Assembly (NCBI GenBank): GCA_038208115.1
Contig: JBBQZC010000007.1
Coordinates: 1-61,691 of the forward strand
Origin: Candidatus Moraniibacteriota bacterium
GTDB taxonomy: Bacteria; Patescibacteriota; Minisyncoccia; Moranbacterales; GCA-2747515
Direction of reading: 5' to 3'
DNA length: 61,691 nucleotides
Below are positions 19,901-28,687 of the stretch, piece after piece (within the stretch, counting starts at the first letter, position 1; each line of letters begins with the position of its first letter). Position numbers and translations under genes: made by a program. The notes beneath the pieces are model-generated. The model did not search any database and was not told the origin of the DNA. It worked only from the letters and a program-made list of their open reading frames with translations.

Positions 19901-20498
19901 TACCGGTTTTTTTGCTAATTTTTTTGAGTCCGTTATTGATTTTTAGTTGTGGGAGATGATCAGGATGATCTTGCAACTCAAGGTAAAAATTATTTTGACC
20001 AAAAATATTGTTATAGAGAAGTGCTTTTTCAGTTGCTTTGTCGATTCCATCATGTGCAATAAATTCACTGACTTCTCCTTCTCCATTGCCCGAGAGTGCA
20101 ATGAGTCCTTCAGAATATTTGCGGAGAACATCATAATCAACACGTGGTTTGAAATAAAATCCGTCCAAGTGAGCAATTGTAATTATTTTGAGAAGATTTT
20201 TATAACCAATTTCATTTTGTACCAATAAGACAAGTTGATTGACTTTGCGGGATTGCGGTGATGCAGTTTGATGATCCATGCCCGCAGGCGCAACGAGAAT
20301 TTCTGCTCCGATAATTGGCTTAATTCCTCGTTCTTTAGCTTTGACTGATAGTTCCACCGCACCGTAAACGGCATTTTTATCAGTAAGAGCCATCGCTTTC
20401 ATGCCATTTTTCTCTGCAGCGTCCAAAAGATCGTCGATTTTGGCAAGACCGTGTAAAAGAGAATAATCAGAATGAACGTGGAGATGTGTGAATGACAT
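16977..20498 (-). CDS. dnaE: DNA polymerase III alpha subunit
   Basis: PHP domain FTHLHVHSDYS, GPGRGSAAGS, FERFLNPERVSMPDVDMDF, YGFNRSHA. Confidence 0.98.
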   Translation of the reverse strand: MSFTHLHVHSDYSLLHGLAKIDDLLDAAEKNGMKAMALTDKNAVYGAVELSVKAKERGIKPIIGAEILVAPAGMDHQTASPQSRKVNQLVLLVQNEIGYKNLLKIITIAHLDGFYFKPRVDYDVLRKYSEGLIALSGNGEGEVSEFIAHDGIDKATEKALLYNNIFGQNNFYLELQDHPDHLPQLKINNGLKKISKKTGIPLVVCGDVYYIKKEDRDIHDVLLCIQLNRKVNEGDRPTLKHFNLSLRTEKDLRVIFADVPEAIDNTDIIAQRCTFELELGHTKLPSFPLPEGKTADEHLRDISEIGLKKHFSDNITSLQRQRMNYELDVIKKTGYASYFLIVQDFVNWAKNDGIVVGPGRGSAAGSFVSYLTGITNIDPIEYKLLFERFLNPERVSMPDVDMDFADDRRDDVLAYVRKTYGADHVAQIITFGTMAARAAVRDAGRALGFAYIFCDQVAKLIPELTSMDKALAEVPDFKRLHKENSDARELIDTAHRLEGLCRHSSVHACGVVITDKPVVEYTALQRVSGNDEATVTQYASSTKFSAVEKIGLLKMDFLGLKNLTIIQNTLRIVKKIHGQKIDIEKIPLDDAKTYTLLQEAHTTGVFQLESSGMKRYLKGLKPTVLEDIIAMVALYRPGPMEWIPDFVDGKHGKKKVTYLHPKLEAILADTYGVAVYQEQVMRIAQDLAGFTLGEADILRKAMGKKILKLIKEQKIKFVEGCVTHGVKKEIAEKVFAFIEPFAGYGFNRSHAACYGLIGYQTAYLKAHYPAEFMAALMTSDQGNTDRIAIEAAECREMEITVLPPDINESFQEFAVIYTEDDAEKKSPRIRFGLNAIKNVGRPIAKEIVAERKRNGKYKDLTDLCSRVGSRDLNKKSVEALAMVGAFDSFAKRDDILASSENILIFIKELRTHSKSNQDSLFGASLLSRAEIKIKKGIDSGKRQHLAWEKQLMGLYISDHPSNEYRDFLDYMCTPLHELNKENANKMITIGGIVIAVKIILTKSGKNMAFLTLEDGKSTTECLIFPKMLEAHKDLLTEGRAIVLKGNLSDKDDELKFIANEIEEIAAEKNDYAKDIMSTRKKYGDTKEKRAQMKKEKSATINKTKLFITLPDDSAHDVITHIKSILDHCDKGGVTIFLVHNGQKMKTSYVIDYTEKCASQLHEFIDSSAIIHEK

Positions 20499-20891
20499 AG
20501 TCTAAAATTGAGAAGTAAGTAGCAAATAGATGTAGTAATATTGTAGCACATAAAAAATAGAAGAGGGAAATATGAGAAAAATCAACTGTTTCAACCTGAA
20601 GCATTTTAAAAGAGATATTTGCTGGGAAAGATGTATATACGATTCTTTGGAGAGTGTTAACCTCTCTCGAGCGATGTTGGTGGAGTAAGATTGTGTACTG
20701 ATTGTGATGTGTAGAGGCAGTTTAAGGATGAATGTAGATAAAGTCGGCTATTTTTTCACATAGCTTTAATTTGTTGCAAGAATGTGATAGAGAAAATATG
20801 TATAAGTAGCGTGTGATAGTATCATAAAAATCATAAAAAAAAGGAAGTGATACATCGTTGACCACTTCCGTATAAGACTTCTGAACTCGTG

Positions 20892-21272
20892 TTACGCTTG
20901 TTTTCGCAGGAGATTTCGTTTGCGGTATACGGCTGATAAACTCCTACCAAGAGCATGCGCTATTTCCATACCCGTATATTCTGTTGATAGGGCAAATTCT
21001 TCATCCGGTGTTGACCATGGTGCACGATTGTTCACAGCAAATTCATGTGACTGTGCAATGTAGTCATTGTAGATTTTTCGTGCTCTTTGTGGATTTTTTT
21101 TCCGCCAAGTTTTGACAGATGTATAATGAATTTTCGGTTTCAAAAATCGCCTTCGAGCTGAACGCACAGAGCAAGCTGTACACCCATCGCCGATCATCTG
21201 AGCGATATCACGTGATGACAGTTCACCAGAAATAATCAAATCTTTGTACGGCAAATATTTTGATTTGCTCAT
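20892..21272 (-). CDS. hypothetical DNA-binding protein with two HTH-like repeats (phage-like)
   Basis: SSRDIAQMIG..ACSVRSAR and WSTPDEEFAL..EIAHALGRSLSAVYRKR. SD AGAGGTG precedes the ATG at 21272. Confidence 0.65.
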   Translation of the reverse strand: MSKSKYLPYKDLIISGELSSRDIAQMIGDGCTACSVRSARRRFLKPKIHYTSVKTWRKKNPQRARKIYNDYIAQSHEFAVNNRAPWSTPDEEFALSTEYTGMEIAHALGRSLSAVYRKRNLLRKQA

Positions 21273-21355
21273 GAACACACCTCTGCTTTTGAATATGAAA
21301 TTTTAAAAAACGATTACCATTGCTATATACCGACATATTAGTATAGAATGGAATA

Positions 21356-22027
21356 ATGAAAATTGCAACGTTTGAAAAAGAAAAAGAATTGCTCGGAATA
21401 GGGTATCATATAATTATCGGGATCGATGAAGTGGGACGAGGACCTCTAGCTGGACCAGTCGTAACTGCTGCATGTGTCGTCAAAGATGTCGCATGTTTTA
21501 CATGTGATGATACGATAGAAAAGGAGTGGCGCTATGTACGAGATTCAAAACTTCTTAGTGAAAAAAAACGTGAAGAGATTTATGATTTCATACAAAAACA
21601 TTTTTATGTCGGTATTGGTATGAGTATGCCGGATACGATCGATCGAATCAATATTTTGCAAGCAACATTTCTCGCGATGAAAAAAGCAGTCACTGATCTG
21701 GAAAAAATACTAGATCATTCGGGGGCATATCTCAATGCAGAAAAGATGATCGTGCTCATCGATGGCAATCAGCGTATCCCAAATTTTACAAGAGAACAAA
21801 TGTGTATTGCAAAAGGCGACCAAAAGATCAGGTCAATCTCAGCAGCGTCTATCATCGCAAAAGTGACACGAGATACGATGATGAAAAAATATGATAATCA
21901 ATATCCAGATTATGGATTTCGCGGACATAAAGGATATGGTACAAAGATCCACATGGAAGCACTTCAAAAATATGGTGCAACCCCAATTCATAGAAGGAGT
22001 TTTGCGCCTGTAAAAAATGTCTTGTAG
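21356..22027 (+). CDS. rnhB: ribonuclease HII
   Basis: GIDEVGRGPLAGPV, DSK, DGN, ASIIAKVTRD, HKGYGT. Confidence 0.97.
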   Translation: MKIATFEKEKELLGIGYHIIIGIDEVGRGPLAGPVVTAACVVKDVACFTCDDTIEKEWRYVRDSKLLSEKKREEIYDFIQKHFYVGIGMSMPDTIDRINILQATFLAMKKAVTDLEKILDHSGAYLNAEKMIVLIDGNQRIPNFTREQMCIAKGDQKIRSISAASIIAKVTRDTMMKKYDNQYPDYGFRGHKGYGTKIHMEALQKYGATPIHRRSFAPVKNVL

Positions 22028-22141
22028 TCATTTATATCAGGTAGATGACTGTGAGAGTATTTGCACAATCTCATATATCGTGTATGCTTTTGTTGTGGGA
22101 GAGTTCGTTTTTGGTTTTTATTAATTTCAACTGAGGTAGCC

Positions 22142-22264
22142 ATGGAAAAAGCCGATGAAGAAGAGTTGTCCGCAGCAGATGTCCTCTGTCTCTATGATAA
22201 GACAGATGCATGTGATTATTGTGACATCACACCATGTATTAATGATAGTCCTCCGCCATATTAA
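22142..22264 (+). CDS. small Cys-rich ORF (40 aa)
   Basis: SD TGAGGT, then MEKADEEELSAADVLCLYDKTDACDYCDITPCINDSPPPY. Confidence 0.4.
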   Translation: MEKADEEELSAADVLCLYDKTDACDYCDITPCINDSPPPY

Positions 22265-22430
22265 TAATGATTTTTTGCAGAGCATGTTATATTATAATGA
22301 TATAACATGTTTTATTTTGTTAATTGGTTGACATAAAATAATTTTTATTATATATTTGTGCGTTGTGATGTGAATACGATATGTACGGCGTAAGTTCTTA
22401 ACCAATAAATTTGACAAGAAGGAATAGAAA

Positions 22431-22829
22431 ATGAAGATTATACTTGCACCTTCTGGTGAGCAGGTTACAGAAAACATGATGTTATTTTTCTTAAATCTTT
22501 GTAAAGATCTCTTTCCGGAAGGTATCGCATTCGTACGTTCTGGTGTGAGACCAATCATTGCGACTCTAGATCAAAATGGAAATCTTAAAACCATTTCAGA
22601 CCCAACGGCAACAATATGTCTAGAGCTGCCGAGAAACATCATTCGATTAGCAACAGGAATACACGCTCCGACAAGAGAATCTATGCGGGAGCTTGCCGAG
22701 TTTATTACGTCATGTGATGATGGTGAGCGTCGGGAGATTTATGCAGCAAAAAGAATTGATGATGCAGCAAAACCGTTCTCAATAGAGTTTATGGAAATAG
22801 TGCGATATTTTCCACCAAGTACAGTGTAG
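22431..22829 (+). CDS. hypothetical protein (islet ORFan)
   Basis: 132-aa ORF with AAGGA SD and downstream hairpin AAAGTCATTAGTTG/CAATTGATGACTTT plus Ts. Confidence 0.6.
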   Translation: MKIILAPSGEQVTENMMLFFLNLCKDLFPEGIAFVRSGVRPIIATLDQNGNLKTISDPTATICLELPRNIIRLATGIHAPTRESMRELAEFITSCDDGERREIYAAKRIDDAAKPFSIEFMEIVRYFPPSTV

Positions 22830-22965
22830 ATGACATAAAGTCATTAGTTGTAAACCTGCTAATCAGGGGAGCAATTGATGACTTTTTTTATGTGATTATC
22901 CTGATAGTGAGACATCAAATAGCTCAATAGAGGGATAATTCTCTGATGAGATGAAGATTATTTCT

Positions 22966-25176
22966 TTAATTTTTTTGTAGTTTATCCGGACGGTGATTTG
23001 GACACGTTTTATCACTGCATCGTTCTGGAATTGTCTTAGTACCCTCCATCATGAGAGCACCACATTTCTGACCGTCTTTGTCATCACGCTTATATGTGCA
23101 GATTTTGCCAGTCGGTTTGGTTTTGATTGCGTTTTTACATTCTGGATATTCTGTACAACTGAAGAAGATGCCGAATCGTCCTTTTCGTTCCATCATTTCA
23201 CCTTTGCCGCAAAGTGGGCATTTTACTCCGGTTTTTTTCTTTGCAGCTTCCTCAGGATCTTCTTTGATAAATTTACATTTTGGATAATTGTGACATGAAA
23301 TAAATTTCCCAAACTTACCTTCGCGTTCCACGAGTTTGCCATCTTTACATTTGGGACATTTTTCTCCTGTTTCTTTAGGTCCTTGCATTTCTTTACCATC
23401 GATTGTACGTGCACCGTCACAGTCAGGGAATTTTTGACAACTGAGAAATTTCCCATTTTTACCAAGCTTGATGATCATTGGTCCGCTACATTTTGGGCAG
23501 ATGTGATGTGCCTCTGCATCACCGAGATCAGTTGCTTTGTCGAGTTTTGCTTTGGACTTCACGTCTTTGTGAAAAGGTTTATAAAAATCAGAGAGTGTCT
23601 TGACATAATCACGTTCACCTCGTGCGATCTCATCAAGTTCATCTTCCATTTCTGCGGTAAATGTGTCACTGATATATGTCGCGAAATGTTCACTGAGGAA
23701 ATCACTGACGACTTCCCCTGTGTCTGTCGGTCTGAGAGAACGTCCTTCTTTATCGACATAACCACGGACTTGGATTGTGCGGATGATCGATGCATAAGTA
23801 CTCGGTCGTCCGATGCCGCGCTTCTCTAGTTCTTTGACGAGTCCTGCTTCACTGTACCGTTGTGGAGGGAGGGTTTCTTTCTCATCATTGTGGAAATCGA
23901 GAAGTGCTAATTTTTCGTCGACGGATACTTTTGGAACTTCTGTATCATCTTTTCTTGCTGCAGGATCTGCTTTGAGCCATCCGAGAGAAAGTATGCGTGA
24001 TCCTGTGACAGAAAAATCTGGAATCATGCCAGTAGTAATGTTTGCAATAATTTTCGTTTTTTTCATTTCGGCATCAATCATTTGTGATCCGAGTGTACGT
24101 GCACGAATGAGTTCATATAAGCGTTTTTGATCTGGTGTTGCGCCCGCATGTGTGACACTGATATTAGATGGACGGACAGCCTCATGAGCCTCCTGTGCAT
24201 TTTTACTTTTTGTTTTGTAAATGCGGAGTTCATGGTGATCAGCACCAAAAGTCTTTATGATTTCCTTTTTAATCGATGTGAGAGCATCTTGAGAGAGTGT
24301 TGTAGAATCTGTGCGCATGTATGTGATAAAACCTGCTTCATATAATTTTTGTGCCGTTTGCATTGTGCGTGACGGGGAAAATCCTAAACGAGAAGATGCA
24401 GCCTGTTGTAGAGTAGATGTTGTAAACGGAGCGTACGGATGACGTTTTTGTGTGGTTTCTTTGACTTCTGTTACGTGCCATGCGCCTTTTTGTGCTTCTT
24501 TGGCAATGCGTATTGCCTCATTGGGATCGCGTGGCTCTTCTTTACATGTCAACGTAAGCATATCCTTATTTTTTGTATGAAAATCTGCAGAAAGTGTCCA
24601 ATATTTTTCTGGAATAAATGCTTTGATCTCCTTTTCTCTTTCTACGAGAATGCGGAGAGCAGGGGATTGTACACGGCCAGCAGAGAGACCATAGCGGACT
24701 TTTTGCCAAATAATACCTGAAAGATCATATCCTACGAGACGATCAAGTACGCGTCGCGCTTCTTGTGCGCGACGAAGGTTTTGGTCAATCGTTCTTGGAT
24801 GGAGCATTGCTTCATTGACTGCGGATTCGGTGATCTCGTGGAAAGTGATACGTTTCATTCGGCTTTTTGGGATACCTGCATCTTTCAATATTTCAGCAAC
24901 ATGCCACGCGATTGCTTCCCCCTCACGGTCAGGGTCGGTTGCAAGACAAATCTCATCTGCTTTTTTTGCGAGTTTGATAAGATCGGCCACAACGTTTTCC
25001 TTGTCTTTTGAGGTGACGTACCGAGGGACAAAGCCGTTCTCGATATCTATAGCATCTTTATTGGATTTTGGGAGATCACGAATATGACCGATGCTAGATG
25101 TCACCGTATAGCCTTTTCCGAGATATTTCTTGATTGTTTTGGTTTTAGATGGGGACTCTACGATGAGAAGTTTCAT
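22966..25176 (-). CDS. topA: DNA topoisomerase I with C-terminal zinc ribbons
   Basis: IVESPSK, ATDPDREGEAIA, SAGRVQSP, ITYMRTDS, GIGRPSTYA, and C4 repeats. Confidence 0.98.
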   Translation of the reverse strand: MKLLIVESPSKTKTIKKYLGKGYTVTSSIGHIRDLPKSNKDAIDIENGFVPRYVTSKDKENVVADLIKLAKKADEICLATDPDREGEAIAWHVAEILKDAGIPKSRMKRITFHEITESAVNEAMLHPRTIDQNLRRAQEARRVLDRLVGYDLSGIIWQKVRYGLSAGRVQSPALRILVEREKEIKAFIPEKYWTLSADFHTKNKDMLTLTCKEEPRDPNEAIRIAKEAQKGAWHVTEVKETTQKRHPYAPFTTSTLQQAASSRLGFSPSRTMQTAQKLYEAGFITYMRTDSTTLSQDALTSIKKEIIKTFGADHHELRIYKTKSKNAQEAHEAVRPSNISVTHAGATPDQKRLYELIRARTLGSQMIDAEMKKTKIIANITTGMIPDFSVTGSRILSLGWLKADPAARKDDTEVPKVSVDEKLALLDFHNDEKETLPPQRYSEAGLVKELEKRGIGRPSTYASIIRTIQVRGYVDKEGRSLRPTDTGEVVSDFLSEHFATYISDTFTAEMEDELDEIARGERDYVKTLSDFYKPFHKDVKSKAKLDKATDLGDAEAHHICPKCSGPMIIKLGKNGKFLSCQKFPDCDGARTIDGKEMQGPKETGEKCPKCKDGKLVEREGKFGKFISCHNYPKCKFIKEDPEEAAKKKTGVKCPLCGKGEMMERKGRFGIFFSCTEYPECKNAIKTKPTGKICTYKRDDKDGQKCGALMMEGTKTIPERCSDKTCPNHRPDKLQKN

Positions 25177-25398
25177 GACATTTAGTAGATTAATATATTA
25201 GTAAGTAGTGAGTAATAATAATGTTGAAATGTACAATTTGCAATTTCTTACAAAAAATACAATTAAAACAACAATTTGTCAAATTTTACAGAAATAATGA
25301 TAATATTTAGTGATTGACAAAAATATTTGAATTTGATATAACACACGAAGAAGTATTAATGCTGTTCATTAGTGAAAAAAACCAAAAAGGAGTTGTGA

Positions 25399-25803
25399 AT
25401 GGAAGTAAAACTTGAAGTGGCATGTGAAGGTAGAGAATATTCTGTGTATTATAAGGATGGAACATTGATTCCCGTGTCCAAAAAATGCACAAAGTGTCAG
25501 AAGATAAAATCGCACTTTGATGCAGGATTTCCGCTGATAACGGAAATAATAGATGCACATACGCAAATTCCTGTGGAGAAAAACAGTAGTCTATGGGAAA
25601 AAGTTGAGGTGTTTGCGCAGCATCAATATCAATGTGACATGCGTCACATGGATGCACTGATGTATCTTGCCAGTGTAGACGATTGTGAGTTGAGTGAGGT
25701 TGAAGAAACGAGTATAAAATCCCTTATGGATAATGGAGGTGTTCCATATGTGTGTATGGATTGTGATGAGGATTTTGCAGAAATGCTCATGCATCACATA
25801 TAA
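25399..25803 (+). CDS. hypothetical protein with CxxC pairs (islet ORFan)
   Basis: AAGGAG SD, CTKC...CMDC, hairpin AAAACCGTC/GACGGTTTT downstream. Confidence 0.65.
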   Translation: MEVKLEVACEGREYSVYYKDGTLIPVSKKCTKCQKIKSHFDAGFPLITEIIDAHTQIPVEKNSSLWEKVEVFAQHQYQCDMRHMDALMYLASVDDCELSEVEETSIKSLMDNGGVPYVCMDCDEDFAEMLMHHI

Positions 25804-25928
25804 AAAGAAGTACATCTTTTAAGCAGTTTTACAACAAATTGTTTAATGGCAAAACCGTCTTGATAGCGATTCTATCCTGACGGTTTTTTTTAAAAAATTT
25901 ATCACTTTACAAACCATTAGATTTAACT

Positions 25929-27047
25929 TTAAACTATTGATACGTATGTTTGATTCCCAATATTCTTTATATACTCATCGATTTCAAGTATTGTTAGTGT
26001 GCTAGAAACGGTATTTGCATCGCGTGACGATTCTTTGATGAGATGATTGATTTGGATACCGTCTGGATGTTTGTTGATAATGTTGAACAATTTTTTTTCA
26101 TCCTCATTTACAAACGTTGGTGTAATTTTTTGTGCTACGTTTTTGTGTTCTTTGTGGAATACAGCTAGAACATCATTACTTGAGAAAATTGGTTTTGCAA
26201 TGTCATTGCGAATAAGGTGGTTTGGTCCGTAAGCATGTGGGGCGAAAATAGAACCTGGAAGGGCAAATAATTTTTTCTTAAATTGAGATGCATATGCAGC
26301 AGTGATGAGTGTGCCTGACTTCTCTCCGGCCTCGATGATGATCGTTGCTTGTGTGAGTCCTGCCATGATGCGATTGCGTGCGGGAAATGTGCCACGTGTT
26401 GGTTTAGTTGATAGGGGATATTCTGATATGAGTGCACCCCCGTGATCAATGATCTGTTTTGCTATGTGTATATGCGAACGCGGAGCAATGGACATGTCGT
26501 CTATGCCACCAGCGAGAATAGCAATGGTGATGCCATTATTTGTAAGTGCCGCGCGATGGGCAGTAATGTCTGTTCCTAGTGCAAGTCCTGATACAATAAC
26601 AATACCTGCATGTGCAAGATCATGTACAAATACGGTGGTCGCACGAATACCATAATCGCTAATCTTGCGAGATCCAACAATTGCGACAGATGGCAAATTT
26701 AATACAGTGGCATCGCCACGCACATAGAGACAAAATGGTGGATTGGTAATGTCATGTAGTTGTTTTGGGAATAACGGATTATGATGCGTGATGATATTAA
26801 TTTTATTTTTTTGTAATTTATCCCATTCAATTTCTGGGTTAATTTTCTTTCTCTGCTCAATTATTTGTATTACAAGAGATTTAGATAACCCAGCTGTAAC
26901 AAGCATAGTGTGATCAGCAAACCATGCATCCTTAAAGCAGTTAAAATATTGATTAAGTACATGGAGTTTGTGTGAACCAACGCCAGTTAGATGATTGAAT
27001 GCATTTATATACATGAGGTCAGGTAATGAATGTGTGGATGTTGACAT
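25929..27047 (-). CDS. dprA: DNA-processing protein DprA
   Basis: VAIVGSR, IVSGLALGTD, ISEYP, FPARNRIMAGL, EAGEKSGTLITA, C-terminal winged helix. Confidence 0.96.
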   Translation of the reverse strand: MSTSTHSLPDLMYINAFNHLTGVGSHKLHVLNQYFNCFKDAWFADHTMLVTAGLSKSLVIQIIEQRKKINPEIEWDKLQKNKINIITHHNPLFPKQLHDITNPPFCLYVRGDATVLNLPSVAIVGSRKISDYGIRATTVFVHDLAHAGIVIVSGLALGTDITAHRAALTNNGITIAILAGGIDDMSIAPRSHIHIAKQIIDHGGALISEYPLSTKPTRGTFPARNRIMAGLTQATIIIEAGEKSGTLITAAYASQFKKKLFALPGSIFAPHAYGPNHLIRNDIAKPIFSSNDVLAVFHKEHKNVAQKITPTFVNEDEKKLFNIINKHPDGIQINHLIKESSRDANTVSSTLTILEIDEYIKNIGNQTYVSIV

Positions 27048-27257
27048 ATGGAAGAAAATTTGTTATTATGTATCATCATTCAGCATAATATATGATTACA
27101 ATTTCGTCTACAGAAGAGGGTCATTGCGGTTCTCTCCTCCTTACCAAGATGTCACTACAAGTATAGCCAATTTTCATAATGAACTATATGTCTGTAGGCG
27201 GTATTGTGTTCGTATATATAATGATATTCTTTAAAAATTTAAGAAAGGAAAATTGTA

Positions 27258-27683
27258 ATGGTAAAAAAAAATATCAGTATAGCTTTTCTCTTGGTGATAT
27301 GTTGCGGAATATCTGTGCAATGTTTTGGTGCGGATCTAGGAGCAATAGAAGTGATCAACAAGCTACGTGCTTTAGAAAAAGATTCTATGATTTCAATAAA
27401 TGAGTCTGAAAAATCTTTGCATGTCTGTCAACATGTGGCAAATCCACAGGCAGAAAAGATCATCTATCAGTTTGCACAGGAGGTATGCAGTGAAGAAAAG
27501 CATGCAGAAAAAATGAGATGCGCTGTTAAATTTGTTAAGAAAGCAATACCTGATTTCATTGAGGTATATATCGGAAATCATGATGGGAGATTAAGCATAG
27601 AAGAAAAAATAACTTTTTCAAAAATGGCCTCACAGAGAAAAGGTTTAATATTCTTTGCATGCATGATGGAGGAGTACAGATGA
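27258..27683 (+). CDS. putative secreted Cys-containing protein, paralogue A
   Basis: Signal peptide-like N-terminus; shares KAIPDFI..Y.GN.DGR..EE with the next gene. Confidence 0.75.
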   Translation: MVKKNISIAFLLVICCGISVQCFGADLGAIEVINKLRALEKDSMISINESEKSLHVCQHVANPQAEKIIYQFAQEVCSEEKHAEKMRCAVKFVKKAIPDFIEVYIGNHDGRLSIEEKITFSKMASQRKGLIFFACMMEEYR

Positions 27684-28117
27684 GAGGGGAAATAAGAATC
27701 ATTTTAAGTAGTATTTTCATGCTGATGTTAGCCCTTCCTGCAAAAAGTTATGGCATTGATCAAAAATCAATTGATGTCATGACGCAGCTCGCTGATTCAG
27801 GATATATGATCGCGCTGATACCGACGGAGAAGATCGAAGGATTGAAGCCCGTATGCCATGTGACAAGTCCAATCGCCGAAGAACTTATTCGAGAGTATTC
27901 ACGAGAGACGTGTGGCGGTGTTTCGGATAAAAAAATCACATGCGCGATGGAGCGTGTCGTGAAAGCAATTCCGGATTTTATCGATCAATATTTTGGAAAC
28001 AAAGATGGCAGAGTTGATCAAGAGGAGTTGAAAAAGTTTAAAATAGAAGCAGCAGTCAATAATGGTTTATTTTTCTTGTGTTGTGTGATCGCACAAAACA
28101 CAAAAGAAGCTAAATAA
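27680..28117 (+). CDS. putative secreted Cys-containing protein, paralogue B
   Basis: GGAGGAG SD, ATGA overlap with the previous gene, signal peptide, same Cys and GNxDG motifs. Confidence 0.75.
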   Translation: MRGEIRIILSSIFMLMLALPAKSYGIDQKSIDVMTQLADSGYMIALIPTEKIEGLKPVCHVTSPIAEELIREYSRETCGGVSDKKITCAMERVVKAIPDFIDQYFGNKDGRVDQEELKKFKIEAAVNNGLFFLCCVIAQNTKEAK

Positions 28118-28135
28118 TTTAGGAACCGCTTTTTG

Positions 28136-28687
28136 TTAATCAAAGAGCGGTTTTTTTATGTTAGTAATAATTTCTTGTATGGCAGTTAAAAGCAGCGCAT
28201 ATTCTTCAGATGAGAATTTTTGGAGGACATACGCATCGCCCGGGATTTGTTCTCGTTCTGTGCGGCCACCAAGTGCTTCAACGCCGATACGAATGCGTGT
28301 AAATTCTTGTGTTCCGAGACAGTCAATAATGCTTTGTACACCATTATGACCGGCAGCTCGGATATTGGATGATTTTTTATAATGCCCAATCTCAATATCG
28401 AGATCATCATGTACAATCATAATATCAGAAAGAGATATGTTGTAGTAACTGATGATTGTGCGTACAGCAGACCCTGAGTTATTCATAAATGTTTGTGGTT
28501 TTACGAGGATAATTTTGCCAAGTGTGGTGTGATGACCCTCAGAGATTTCAGCAGAAAATTTTTTATTCATAGCAAAGGCAGGTAGTTGTAATTCTGCTTG
28601 AAAATGGTCAACAAATTCAAACCCGGCGTTATGACGTGTTCCGCGATATTCATTTTCGGGATTACCTAGTCCGATAATTAATTTCAT
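28136..28687 (-). CDS. pth: peptidyl-tRNA hydrolase
   Basis: IGLGNP...TRHNAG, KPQTFMNNSG, HDDLD, GHNG, RIRIG. Confidence 0.97.
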   Translation of the reverse strand: MKLIIGLGNPENEYRGTRHNAGFEFVDHFQAELQLPAFAMNKKFSAEISEGHHTTLGKIILVKPQTFMNNSGSAVRTIISYYNISLSDIMIVHDDLDIEIGHYKKSSNIRAAGHNGVQSIIDCLGTQEFTRIRIGVEALGGRTEREQIPGDAYVLQKFSSEEYALLLTAIQEIITNIKKPLFD

